Source: Spirochaetia bacterium
GTDB taxonomy: Bacteria > Spirochaetota > Spirochaetia > SZUA-6 > Bin103
Reading direction: 5' to 3'
DNA: 64,000 nucleotides
Assembly (NCBI GenBank): GCA_965203905.1
Contig: CBDBDQ010000005.1
Location: 832,001 to 896,000 of the forward strand
The notes beneath the pieces were generated by a model. It was not told where the DNA came from. It did not search any database and saw nothing but the letters and a program-made list of their open reading frames with translations. Both the position numbers and the translations under genes were made by a program. Numbering within the stretch: position 1 is the stretch's first letter; each line of letters begins with the position of its first letter. Below, in pieces: positions 36,424-46,187 of the stretch.

Positions 36424-38763
36424 ATGCCGGAGAACACCGCCCGAACCGCCACCGAACCGTACCGCGATCCGGACCAGCCGCTGCCGCGGCGGGTCGAGGA
36501 CCTGCTCGGACGCATGACCCTCGAGGAAAGGATCGCCCAGCTCCGGACCGGCTGGCCGATGTGCTACGGCTATGCCGTACGCGAGGGCCGAGTGACGCTG
36601 AACCGGGAGCTGGAGGCCGCCCTGGCGCCCGCCCCGGTGGGCCAGGTGGCCGCCCTGTTGCGCACCGACCCCTGGTTCGGGATCCCGCTGGAGCGGGCGC
36701 TCGCCCCGCGCCAGGGAGCGGAGCTGGTGAACGCGGTGCAACGCCATGCCAGGGAGCACGGCCGGCTGGGGATTCCGGTGCTGGTAGGCGACGACGGCCA
36801 ACACGCCCATCTCGGGGTCGACTGCACCATCTTCCCGGCGCTGTGCGGCATGGGCTGCACCTTCAACCCCGCGCTGCAGGAACGGATGGCGCGCGCCATG
36901 GCGGCCGAGATGCGGGCCCAGGGCCTGACTGTGCTGTACGCGCCGGACCTGGACGTGATCCGCGACCCGCGCTACGGCCGCTGCGAGGAGAACTTCGGCG
37001 AGGACCCTTACCTGGTGGGACGGATGGGGCGGGCCATGGTGCGCGGGTTGCAGGGTACCGACCTGAGCGACCTGAACAGCGACCACACCGTGGTGGCGTT
37101 GCTGCGCGCCTATCCCGGCATGGGGGACGCCGAGGGCGGGCACGACTTCACCCGCATGGGGCTGGGGCGGCGCGAGATGCAGGAGGTGGTGCTGCGGCCG
37201 TGGCGCGAGGCGATCGAGGAGGGCGCCCAGGGGGTGATGGCGGAGCGCGCCGAGTACGACGGCGACCCGGCGCCGGCCAGCAGCTACTACCTGAACGAGC
37301 TGCTGCGCGAGGAGTGGGGCTTCGAGGGCATCGTCATCGGCGATGCCGGCGCGGTGCGCTACCTGATCTCGCAGCGGGTGGCGGCGGACAAGGCGCAGGC
37401 GGCGGCGGCCGCGCTGCGCGCCGGGCTCGACCAGAACCTGTCCGACGTGGGCGTGGTGGACCACTCGCCCGGCGACCGGGGGTACGGCGAGGGCCTGCCG
37501 CAGGCGCTGGAACGCGGACTGATCAGCGAGGAGGAGATCGATCGCTCGGTGCGCCGCGTGCTGCGGCTGAAGTTCCTGCTCGGACTGTTCGAGGACCCCT
37601 ACGTGGATCCGCAGCGGGCGGCGCAGGTGGCGCGCTGCGCCGAGCACCTCTCGGTCTCCCTGGAGGCGGCGCGGCAGAGCATCGTGCTGCTGAAGAACGA
37701 CCGCGGCACCCTGCCGCTGGCCGCCGGCGTCGGCTCGATCGCGGTGGTCGGGCCCAACGCCGACGACAACTGGGCCCAGATCGGCGACCAGGCGCCCACC
37801 CACCGGCGCGAGCAGGTGGTGACCATCCTGGACGGCATCCGGGGGCGGGCGGCGGCGGCCGGGATCACGGTGCACCACGCGCCGGGCTGCGCGATCCGCG
37901 ATCCCTCCAGGGCCGGCTTCGAGGCGGCGGTGGCGGCGGCGAACGCCAGCGACCTGGTGGTGGCGGTGGTGGGCGACTCCTGCCGCATCCGCTATCCGCG
38001 GGCGGGCGAGACCAACGGCGCCCGCTCCGACAACACCGACTGCGGCGAGCACGTTGCACGCGCCACGCTGGACCTGTCAGGGGTGCAGGAACAGCTCCTG
38101 CAGGCGCTGCACGCCACCGGCAAGCCGCTGGTGGTGGTGCTGGTGCACGGTCGGCCGCTGTCGGTCAACTGGGTCGCCGAACACGCCGCCGCGGTGGTGG
38201 ACGCCTGGTATCCCGGCGACCGGGGCGGCACGGCGCTGGCCGAGGTGCTGTTCGGCGACTACAACCCCGGCGGCAAGCTGGCGGTGTCGTTTCCCAAGCA
38301 CGTGGGCCAGATCCCGGTCTACTACTACCACCGCCACCCCCGCCTGCGCTACGTCGAGATGGACGCCGAGCCGCTCTACCCGTTCGGGTTCGGACTGAGC
38401 TACACCACCTTCGAGTACCGCAGCATGCGCCTGGAACCCGCCACCATCGCCGTCGGCGAGAGCACCGAGGCGGTGGTGGAGGTCGCCAACACCGGCGCCG
38501 TGGCCGGCGACGAGGTGGTGCAGCTCTACCTGCGCGACGACCTCTGCTCCGTGGTGCGCCCCGAGCGCGAGCTGAAGGGGTTCCGGCGCGTGCACCTGCA
38601 ACCCGGCGCCACGGCGAGCGTGCGCCTGCCCCTCGGCCCCGACCAGCTCTGCTGCTACGGCGCCGACGAGCGCTGGGTGGTGGAGCCTGGCACCTTCACC
38701 GTCATGGTCGGCGGCAGCTCCACCGACCTCCCGCTCACCGCCACCCTGGAGACATGGCCATAA
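36424..38763 (+). CDS. Glycoside hydrolase family 3 with Fn3-like C-terminus
   Basis: MTLEE, RLGIP, RDPRYGRCEENFGEDP, LREEWGF-G-VIGD, VLLKND, YPFGFGLSYT, ELKGF. Confidence 0.93.
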   Translation: MPENTARTATEPYRDPDQPLPRRVEDLLGRMTLEERIAQLRTGWPMCYGYAVREGRVTLNRELEAALAPAPVGQVAALLRTDPWFGIPLERALAPRQGAELVNAVQRHAREHGRLGIPVLVGDDGQHAHLGVDCTIFPALCGMGCTFNPALQERMARAMAAEMRAQGLTVLYAPDLDVIRDPRYGRCEENFGEDPYLVGRMGRAMVRGLQGTDLSDLNSDHTVVALLRAYPGMGDAEGGHDFTRMGLGRREMQEVVLRPWREAIEEGAQGVMAERAEYDGDPAPASSYYLNELLREEWGFEGIVIGDAGAVRYLISQRVAADKAQAAAAALRAGLDQNLSDVGVVDHSPGDRGYGEGLPQALERGLISEEEIDRSVRRVLRLKFLLGLFEDPYVDPQRAAQVARCAEHLSVSLEAARQSIVLLKNDRGTLPLAAGVGSIAVVGPNADDNWAQIGDQAPTHRREQVVTILDGIRGRAAAAGITVHHAPGCAIRDPSRAGFEAAVAAANASDLVVAVVGDSCRIRYPRAGETNGARSDNTDCGEHVARATLDLSGVQEQLLQALHATGKPLVVVLVHGRPLSVNWVAEHAAAVVDAWYPGDRGGTALAEVLFGDYNPGGKLAVSFPKHVGQIPVYYYHRHPRLRYVEMDAEPLYPFGFGLSYTTFEYRSMRLEPATIAVGESTEAVVEVANTGAVAGDEVVQLYLRDDLCSVVRPERELKGFRRVHLQPGATASVRLPLGPDQLCCYGADERWVVEPGTFTVMVGGSSTDLPLTATLETWP

Positions 38764-38849
38764 TTGAGACGAAGCGATCACATGTGGGATTAGCATCAGA
38801 CTACTATCCGCTCAATTCACTCTGGCACAAACATCCCAATAGCATAGCG

Positions 38850-39166
38850 CGGACGAGCAGGAAGCCACTGAGCAAGGCGCGTGTGGGATCGCGATTCTTG
38901 TGGTGAGAGATATTCGGGGACATGAAGTCGTGGAACGATCGAGGAAGGGAACAGGGTTCGACTATTGGCTAGGTAAGCCGAACGACATGCCGTTCGCTGC
39001 AAAATCAAGGCTCGAAGTATCGGGAATTCGCCGGGGAAATACCCGCCGTGTCGCAGCTCGTGTCCACCAGAAAATCCGTCAGATATCGGTGTCCTCCAAA
39101 CGCCTTCCTGGAATCGTCGTAGTGGTCGAATTCAGCACGCCGTTGGCGAGGATGGTAGACCAATGA
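38850..39166 (+). pseudogene. 5'-truncated PD-(D/E)xK-like protein
   Basis: Reading DEQEATEQGACGIAIL...ERSRKGTGFDYWL...RLEVSG...VVVEF; in-frame TAG at 38840 upstream; ATGA overlap with next gene. Confidence 0.55.
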
Positions 39167-40317
39167 GCAGCGTACTCGAACTTCATCACAAGGCAATGGA
39201 GTGGGCCGAGGAAGGTCAGTTTCAGCTCGACCGCGGAGACCAGTCGGGCGCGCTGGCATCGTTCCGTAAGGCGATGGAACTCGAGCGGGAGGCCGCCTAC
39301 GCTACCAATCAGGACGCGGAGCCCGACCGATCGGTGCTCTTCCGTAGCGCCGGTTCGCTTGCGTTGGATTGCAACGAGCTGCGGGTTGCCGAGCAACTCC
39401 TCGCGATGGGGCTCGCCGGGTATCCTCCCGAAGAGATCGCAGAGGAGATTCGCGATCTCCTGGAGCAGGTTCACTTTCGGCGGCACCTGGCAGTCCGCGG
39501 CCTGACGCTGGATGCTACCGAGATGCAGATGTCGATTGCGGGCGATGCGGTCGGTTTCGGTGTAGCAAGCAGCGATGAGTTCGTAAGCCGCGTCCGGGCC
39601 GCCGAAACGCTAGTTCTCCGTACTGTCGAACGAAGACTACAGTATCCTTATCGGGAAGGCGGAAATCCCAAGCACAGGCTGAGAGACAGATTCGGAGTTT
39701 TCTTGTCGGAGCCTCGAGCCGCGAGTTTCGCCTTCACGCTGAAGCTCGGCCGGCCAACGAAGCAGATGGATCTTTTCTCCGACGATGAGGCATCGGCAGT
39801 AATAGATGAAGTCCTTGATCTCCTAGAGGTTGTTCAAGCGAGAGATCGAGATGAATTGGCTCATCGGATTCCTGAACAACCGTACCGCGTTAACTTCAAT
39901 GCATTGGCCAAGAAGATCGCTCCCGACGGTGAAAGGGTATCCATGGTTGGATTGACTGCACATCATCCTGGCCGCATTCGAAGAGTTGCCTTCACAAGAA
40001 TCCGCAAAGAACTTGCAGACTTCGTACTGCCCGATAGTCCAAAAGAGAGTACCATTGACGCGTCAGACCGTCGTGTCACGGTACGGGGCGTTCTGCACTA
40101 CGCCAACGTGATCGGGCGTGAAGACACTATCAAGCTTGAGGACCAGAACGGATCTGTCTACGAAATCCTCGTGCCGGAAGGAATGATGACCGACATAGTG
40201 CGTCCACTGTGGGATGACGAGGTGATCGTGACCGGGACTCGTCGCCGTAAGCGAATCGAACTTGAGGACATTGTCCCCGTGGGCGAAGCCGACAACGAGT
40301 TTGAAGAGAATGACTGA
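39163..40317 (+). CDS. Hypothetical protein: helical TPR-like N-terminus, possible OB-fold C-terminus
   Basis: 384-aa ORF, lower GC than its flanks; domain calls by eye only. Confidence 0.75.
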   Translation: MSSVLELHHKAMEWAEEGQFQLDRGDQSGALASFRKAMELEREAAYATNQDAEPDRSVLFRSAGSLALDCNELRVAEQLLAMGLAGYPPEEIAEEIRDLLEQVHFRRHLAVRGLTLDATEMQMSIAGDAVGFGVASSDEFVSRVRAAETLVLRTVERRLQYPYREGGNPKHRLRDRFGVFLSEPRAASFAFTLKLGRPTKQMDLFSDDEASAVIDEVLDLLEVVQARDRDELAHRIPEQPYRVNFNALAKKIAPDGERVSMVGLTAHHPGRIRRVAFTRIRKELADFVLPDSPKESTIDASDRRVTVRGVLHYANVIGREDTIKLEDQNGSVYEILVPEGMMTDIVRPLWDDEVIVTGTRRRKRIELEDIVPVGEADNEFEEND

Positions 40318-40388
40318 CGATCCCGCTGCCGCCCTCGTCGAGGCGGACAGCTACGCTGCTCGTGACCCACGATCGACGCACCGCACCG

Positions 40389-40665
40389 TTATCGGTAGGG
40401 GTCGGCGGCGTCCCTGAGACCGTCGCCAAGGAAATTGAACGCCAGCACGGTAACGATGACCAGGAGGCCGGGAATCAGCAGCCAAGGATACAGGGCCACG
40501 ACGTTCACCTGCTGGGCGGACTTGAGCAGGGCGCCCCAGCTCACCGCGGGCGGACGAATGCCCAATCCCAGGAAACTGAGCGCGGTTTCTCCCAGGATCA
40601 TCGACGGCACGGCAGCGTCAGGTTCACCACCAGGTAGCTCATGAACGATGGCAACAGGTGCGCCA
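40389..40665 (-). pseudogene. Orphan 3' portion of an OppC-like permease (with an indel near 40610)
   Basis: HLLPSFMSYLVVNLTL / VPSMILGETALSFLG...GDGLRDAADPYR*. Confidence 0.9.
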
Positions 40666-40852
40666 CCCACTGGCGGCCGCAGCCGCCCGCTGCCCGCATC
40701 TCCGCAGGCCGCCTGGGTCGCCGAGCACCGCGCGTTGTGTCAAGCTGGAGAGCCGCGCGGGCCCGCGGGGGGATGCCCTCCACAACACTTTGACAATGTC
40801 CCGCGTTGGCCAAAGAGGCGCCGAATCGGCGCATGGAGTAGAGGAGATCACG

Positions 40853-42514
40853 ATGCAGGATGCAGGGCACACATTCGTGGAGCGCGGGGAGCCGCGGCTG
40901 GTACGGGTGGCGTCCCTGGGCTGGGAGCGCGGCGACGGATACCTCGAGATCTACAACAAGAAGTCGCTGGTCTACGCGGGCCGCGCGGTGGGCGCCGGCG
41001 ACTTCCGGCTCAGCGCCCGGCTCACGGTGTGGAGCCACGACGACGGACCGACCTTCGTGGCCGGCACCGGCGACGTCGACCTGGAGGGCTTCGAGCGCCT
41101 CAGCTACGGCTACTGGCCGCGCGAGGTGCTGCGTCATCAGCATTTTTTCATAGAGCCCGAATGGTTCACGTGCGGCAAGCCGTTCAGCTTCGAGGTGATC
41201 CGCACGGGGGCGCGTCTCGAGATCCGCATCGACGGCGCCGTGATCCACACCTGTGGCTATGCCGGCGAGCGGTTCGGCAAGGTAGGGCTGTGCTCCTGGT
41301 TCCCCAGAATGAAGGAGAAGGCGGACGCGCTCACGCCCAACGACATCCCCCTGCCGGACATCGCCGAGCGCTACGCCGCGCTGGAGCGCGAGTCGCTGTG
41401 GATCCATGACTTCAGCCTGGAGGGAAGCAGCGAGCCCCTGAACTGGGACCGCGCCATGCCCACCGAAATCACCGTGCCCACCCTCGACCTGTCGGCCGAG
41501 AGCGGGCGCCAGGTGGTGCTGGCCCGCGAGCCCGGGCGCTACTTCGGCCATCCCGACACCGAGCTGATGGCCGACGGCCGCACCATGTTCTGCACCTTTC
41601 CGCTGGGCCACGGCGGGCCCGACTGCCTGCTGCAGAAGAGCACCGACGGCGGCCTCACCTGGAGCGAACCGCTGCCGGTGCCGGAGAACTGGAACACGGC
41701 AACCAATTGCCCCTGCATCCACCGGGTGACCGGCCCCGACGGCGTCGAGCGGCTGGTGGTGGTGGAGGGCAACGGTGCCATGCGCCAGTCGCTGTCGGCG
41801 GACGGCGGGGCGACCTGGACTCCCTTCCAGGAAAACGGCCTGCGCTGCATCGTGGTGCCCAATCGGCTGCTGCCACTCCCCGGCGGGCGCCTGCTGGCGG
41901 TGTACGTGGACCGCGGCGCACCCCCGAGCGGCCACGTGATCGTGCAGAGCACCAGCGCCGACGGCGGCCTTACCTGGGAGCCGCAGCGGACCATCCTGGA
42001 GCACGCCGACGCGCTGCCCGACGAGCCGGGGATGATCGCCTCGCCGGACGGCCGCCAGATCGCCGCGCTGATGCGCGAGCAGTCGCGGGCCTACAACTCG
42101 CTGCTGGTGACCAGCGACGACCAGGGCCGCACCTGGTCGCCGGCACGGGAGGTGGCGGCGGCCGTGACCGGGGACCGCCACAACCTGCGCTACGCCGCCG
42201 ACGGGCGCCTGGTGGCGGTGTTCCGCGACACCGCGTTCGACAGCCCCACCAAGTACCAGTTCGTGGCCTGGGTGGGCACCTACGACGACCTGGTGGCGGG
42301 CCGCGAGGGCCAGTACCGGGTGGTGCTGCTGCGCCACCACAACAACTTTCCGCCGTTCCGCACCGGCGACTGCGGCTACGCCGGCCTGGAGCTGCTGCCG
42401 GACGGCACCCTGGTCGCCACCACCTACGTCTGCCTGCGCCCCGGCGAGGGCAACTCGGTGGTCAGCGTGCGCTTCACCCTGGAGGAACTGGACGCCCGAG
42501 TCGCCGCGGGCTGA
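40853..42514 (+). CDS. BNR/Asp-box sialidase-family protein with N-terminal beta-sandwich-like domain
   Basis: RBS GAGGAG; YFGHP, Asp boxes STDGGLTW/SADGGATW/SADGGLTW/SDDQGRTW, DCGY. Confidence 0.87.
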   Translation: MQDAGHTFVERGEPRLVRVASLGWERGDGYLEIYNKKSLVYAGRAVGAGDFRLSARLTVWSHDDGPTFVAGTGDVDLEGFERLSYGYWPREVLRHQHFFIEPEWFTCGKPFSFEVIRTGARLEIRIDGAVIHTCGYAGERFGKVGLCSWFPRMKEKADALTPNDIPLPDIAERYAALERESLWIHDFSLEGSSEPLNWDRAMPTEITVPTLDLSAESGRQVVLAREPGRYFGHPDTELMADGRTMFCTFPLGHGGPDCLLQKSTDGGLTWSEPLPVPENWNTATNCPCIHRVTGPDGVERLVVVEGNGAMRQSLSADGGATWTPFQENGLRCIVVPNRLLPLPGGRLLAVYVDRGAPPSGHVIVQSTSADGGLTWEPQRTILEHADALPDEPGMIASPDGRQIAALMREQSRAYNSLLVTSDDQGRTWSPAREVAAAVTGDRHNLRYAADGRLVAVFRDTAFDSPTKYQFVAWVGTYDDLVAGREGQYRVVLLRHHNNFPPFRTGDCGYAGLELLPDGTLVATTYVCLRPGEGNSVVSVRFTLEELDARVAAG

Positions 42515-42556
42515 CGCGAGAGGAGCTTGTCGGGCTAACCGACGAAGCGGCGCCCG

Positions 42557-43468
42557 TCAGCCCTTCAGCGAGCCGATCATCAGGCCGCGCACGAAGTAGC
42601 GCTGGATGAACGGGTACAGCACCAGCATCGGCACGATCGACAGGAACAGGGTGGCGAACTTGATGCGGTCCACGGTGACCGGCATCTCCGCGCGTTCGCG
42701 AAAGGCGACCAGCGCCTCGGAAAAATTGCCTTCGCGCGCCAGCGCCTCAGCCAGCCCGGCGTAGATCACGATCTCGCGCAGCATCACCTGCAGCGGGTAG
42801 CGCTCGGCATCCTTCAGGTACACCACCGCGGGAAACCAGGAGTTCCAGTGGGTCACGGCGTAGAACAGGCTGATCACCGCTACCGCCGCGCGCGACACCG
42901 GCAGCACGATGTACACCAGCACGGTGATGTCGTTGGCGCCATCGATAAAGGCCGAGTCCTCCAGTTCCTGGGGCACGGTCTGAAAAAAAGTGCGCATGAT
43001 GATCAGGTTCCACACCGAGATCGCCACCGGCACCACCAGGGCCCATATGGTGTTGTACATCCCCAGGTTGCGCACCAGCAGGTAGGTGGGGATCAGGCCG
43101 CCGCTGAAGAAGAAGGTCACCACCACCAGTCCGGTGATGAAGCCGCGAAACAGCAGCCGCTGCTTGGACAGGGCGTAGGCCATGGTGACCGTCATCACCA
43201 TGTTCACCGCGGTGCCCACCACCGTGTAGATGATCGCGTACCTGAACGAGTTGGGGATGGTGGCGTCGCGCAGGATCATCTCGTAGGCGCGCAGGTTGGC
43301 ATCCAGCGGATAGAAGGTGACCGCGTTCGACTTGACGTGCAGGTCGCCGCTCAGCGACACCGAGGCGATGTGCAGGATCGGGTACAGGGTGATCACCACG
43401 ATGAACAGGACCACGAAGTGGACCCCGAGCCCGAGCAGGCGGCCGGAGAGCGAGCGGTCGCGTACCAC
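42557..43468 (-). CDS. Carbohydrate ABC permease (LplC/MalG-like)
   Basis: FSGGLIP, ELEDSAFIDGA, FVRGLMIGSLKG. Confidence 0.95.
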   Translation of the reverse strand: MVRDRSLSGRLLGLGVHFVVLFIVVITLYPILHIASVSLSGDLHVKSNAVTFYPLDANLRAYEMILRDATIPNSFRYAIIYTVVGTAVNMVMTVTMAYALSKQRLLFRGFITGLVVVTFFFSGGLIPTYLLVRNLGMYNTIWALVVPVAISVWNLIIMRTFFQTVPQELEDSAFIDGANDITVLVYIVLPVSRAAVAVISLFYAVTHWNSWFPAVVYLKDAERYPLQVMLREIVIYAGLAEALAREGNFSEALVAFRERAEMPVTVDRIKFATLFLSIVPMLVLYPFIQRYFVRGLMIGSLKG

Positions 43469-43472
43469 GGCG

Positions 43473-44423
43473 CTACCAGACGGTGAACTCGCTCACCTTC
43501 TTGGCCACCCGGTTGGCGCAGATGATCAGGATCAGGCCGATCAACGAGCCGAACAGTCCCACCGCCGCGCCGTAGCTGAAGTCGGCGTGCAGCAGCCCGC
43601 GCCGGTAGACGAAGGAGCCGATCACGTCGGCGGTCTCGTAGGTCGCCGGCTGGTACATCAGGATCACCTTCTCGGCGCCCACCGAGAGCAGCGTGCCGAT
43701 GCGCAGGATCAGCAGGATGGAGATCACCGACTTGAGGCCCGGCAGCGAGATGAAGCGCATCTGCTGGAAGCGTGAGGCGCCGTCGATCACCGCCGCCTCG
43801 TAGAGTTGCGGATCGAGGCGCGAGAGCTGGGCCAGGAAGATGATGGCGCCCCAGCCGACGTTCTGCCAGATGTCCGAGGCCACGTAGATGGAGCGGAACC
43901 AGGACGGGTTGGTCATGAAGTAGATCGGCTCGATCCCCACCACTTGCAGCGCCTTGTTGGCGAACCCGGTGGTGGGCGACAGAAACAGGTAGAGCATGCC
44001 CACGACTGCCGGCAGGGAGATGAAGTGGGGCAGGAAGCTCACGGTCTGAGCCACCTTCTTGTAGCGCCGCTGGGTCAGCTCGTTGAGGGCCAGGGCGAAG
44101 ATGATCGGCGCCGGGAAGCCGACCAGCAGGCTGTAGAAGCTCAGCAGGAAGGTGTTTCTGACGAGCCGGAAGAAGTACGGGTGAGTGAAGAACTTGACGA
44201 AGTGCTCGAAGCCGACCCACGGGCTGCCCACCACTCCCAGGCGCGTGTTGTAGTCCTGGAACGCGATCAGCAGCCCGTACATCGGGCCGTAGTGGAAGAT
44301 GATGAAGTAGACCAGCCCGGGAATCACCAGCAGCAGCAGGTACTTCGACTTCCCGGCCCGCACGCGGAGCTCGCTCCAGCGGCCCGCGTGCGGGCGCGGC
44401 AACGCCCGGGTCGTATCGCTCAC
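43473..44423 (-). CDS. Carbohydrate ABC permease (LplB/MalF-like)
   Basis: YGPMYG, LPHFIS, LYEAAVIDGA. Confidence 0.95.
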   Translation of the reverse strand: MSDTTRALPRPHAGRWSELRVRAGKSKYLLLLVIPGLVYFIIFHYGPMYGLLIAFQDYNTRLGVVGSPWVGFEHFVKFFTHPYFFRLVRNTFLLSFYSLLVGFPAPIIFALALNELTQRRYKKVAQTVSFLPHFISLPAVVGMLYLFLSPTTGFANKALQVVGIEPIYFMTNPSWFRSIYVASDIWQNVGWGAIIFLAQLSRLDPQLYEAAVIDGASRFQQMRFISLPGLKSVISILLILRIGTLLSVGAEKVILMYQPATYETADVIGSFVYRRGLLHADFSYGAAVGLFGSLIGLILIICANRVAKKVSEFTVW

Positions 44424-44454
44424 GGGTGTCCCCCGAACCGGCCGTGGGAGGCGG

Positions 44455-46071
44455 CTACTTCGGCATGCCCATGCGCTCCCAGGTCGCCTGGTACTGGTCC
44501 ATCATCCGGTTCACTCCCGCCTTCTCCAGCTCGCTCATGTACTTGCCCCAGTCGTCGTCGTTCGAGGGGTCCAGCTCGCCGTTCATGAAGCGGGCGGCAT
44601 AGGCGCTGTACACGTCGTTCACGGTGACCTCGATGTCGGCCAGGTCGTCGCGCTCGTCCGGGGTGAACTTCCAGGCGATCGGCTTGACCCAGTCCTTGCC
44701 CATCTGCGCCTCCGAGAACCCGAATCCGACATCGACCTGGTCGCCGCGGTGATGCCGCACCCACCAGTCGGAGAACAGCAGGAACGGCTGCAGGCCGTAA
44801 TGGTAACGGGTGACTTCGCCGTCGGGGTTCTGGACGTACTGGATGTGCGACATGTAGTGCGGCTTGCCGTCCATGTACTCGAAGCTCTCGCCCTCACGCC
44901 CGAACATGTTGGCCTGCTCGCCCTCCGGCGTGGCCATGAAGTCGAAGAACTGAATCAGCCGCCGCACCTTCTCGTCCGACGCACCCGCGGTGATGAACGG
45001 TCCCTTGGCGTAGGCGGGCAGCAGCCGGTGCACCAGCTCGCCGCGCTCGGGATAAGCCGCGATGTAGCGCTCGGCGCCGACCCAGTTGACATCGGAGTCG
45101 GGATTGAACTGCAGCGACTGCTCGTTCCAGAACACCGCTCCGGCGGCGGCGCTGTTGCCTTCGATGTAGGAGAGGAGCTGCTTGTGGACCAGTTCCTGGT
45201 AGCCGGCCCAGTCGATGGTGGCCCACTCCGGGTGCACCAGCTTGTTGGCGATCATCTTGTTGATGAAGATCATCATGCCGCGGAACTTGTCGGTCCCGGC
45301 CGGGTACACCAGCTCGCCGCTGTCGATGTCGACGTGCACCCCGGGGCCGCGCCGGCTCGGCGCCTGGCCGACCCGCCACGCCTTGTAGTAGGGGGACAGG
45401 AACCAGCCGAGCGCGTTGCGGTTCACGTAGGGCCACGACTCCGGATTGGCCTGCTTCAGGGTCATGAGCACGTCGAACAGCCCGTCGGGGGTGCTCGGCC
45501 ACTCCACGCCGTGGGCGTCGAAGACATCCTTGCGGAACATCCAGCCGTAGGGGATCAACTCCTGGCTGATCACCGGCAGGTAGTAGAGGTTGCCGTCCGC
45601 GGCGCGCGCGTGGGCCAGTGCCAGCTCCAGGTCGTCGGGCGTACGCGGCGAGATCAGCGCGACCGGCGGATTGTCGGACCACAGCGCCACGTAGTTGGGC
45701 AGGTCGTCGAGGTGCCCGTCGAGCGCCACCAGGTGCCCCTCCAGGCCCCAGCGCTTGACCGCGGCCTCCGGCGGGTTGGCGTTGGTGGCATCGAGCATGT
45801 CGAAGTAGTCGCCGGCGGCGAAGCGCAGGTTGATCTTCTCGTCGATGCCGTCCCGCGACACGCGTTCGAATTCGATCTCCAGGTTGAACTTCTCGTTCCC
45901 GAGCTCAGCCCAGTAGGGATACACCTCCGGCTTGTTGGTGCCGGAGAATGGAGCCAGGGCGGTGACCGTCAGCGGTCCCTCGGGTGCGGCGGTCTCCGCC
46001 TCGGCGGTGGCCATCACCCACGCCGGAAACAAGACCATCAACGACAGCGAAACTACCATCAGTCGCTTCAT
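44455..46071 (-). CDS. Carbohydrate ABC substrate-binding protein (family 1, LplA-like)
   Basis: RBS GAGGAGG, signal peptide, DGNLYYLP, RKD, FGREGE, WGKYMSELEKAG. Confidence 0.9.
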   Translation of the reverse strand: MKRLMVVSLSLMVLFPAWVMATAEAETAAPEGPLTVTALAPFSGTNKPEVYPYWAELGNEKFNLEIEFERVSRDGIDEKINLRFAAGDYFDMLDATNANPPEAAVKRWGLEGHLVALDGHLDDLPNYVALWSDNPPVALISPRTPDDLELALAHARAADGNLYYLPVISQELIPYGWMFRKDVFDAHGVEWPSTPDGLFDVLMTLKQANPESWPYVNRNALGWFLSPYYKAWRVGQAPSRRGPGVHVDIDSGELVYPAGTDKFRGMMIFINKMIANKLVHPEWATIDWAGYQELVHKQLLSYIEGNSAAAGAVFWNEQSLQFNPDSDVNWVGAERYIAAYPERGELVHRLLPAYAKGPFITAGASDEKVRRLIQFFDFMATPEGEQANMFGREGESFEYMDGKPHYMSHIQYVQNPDGEVTRYHYGLQPFLLFSDWWVRHHRGDQVDVGFGFSEAQMGKDWVKPIAWKFTPDERDDLADIEVTVNDVYSAYAARFMNGELDPSNDDDWGKYMSELEKAGVNRMMDQYQATWERMGMPK

Positions 46072-46187
46072 GAGGACCCTCCTCGCTTGGAATCAACGGC
46101 CAGCTTAGCCCCCCCGCCGCCCCCTGTCCAATGCGTGTCAACCCCAGCGCGCCAGTATCTGGATGCCTGAACTTGGTCGCTACGACC

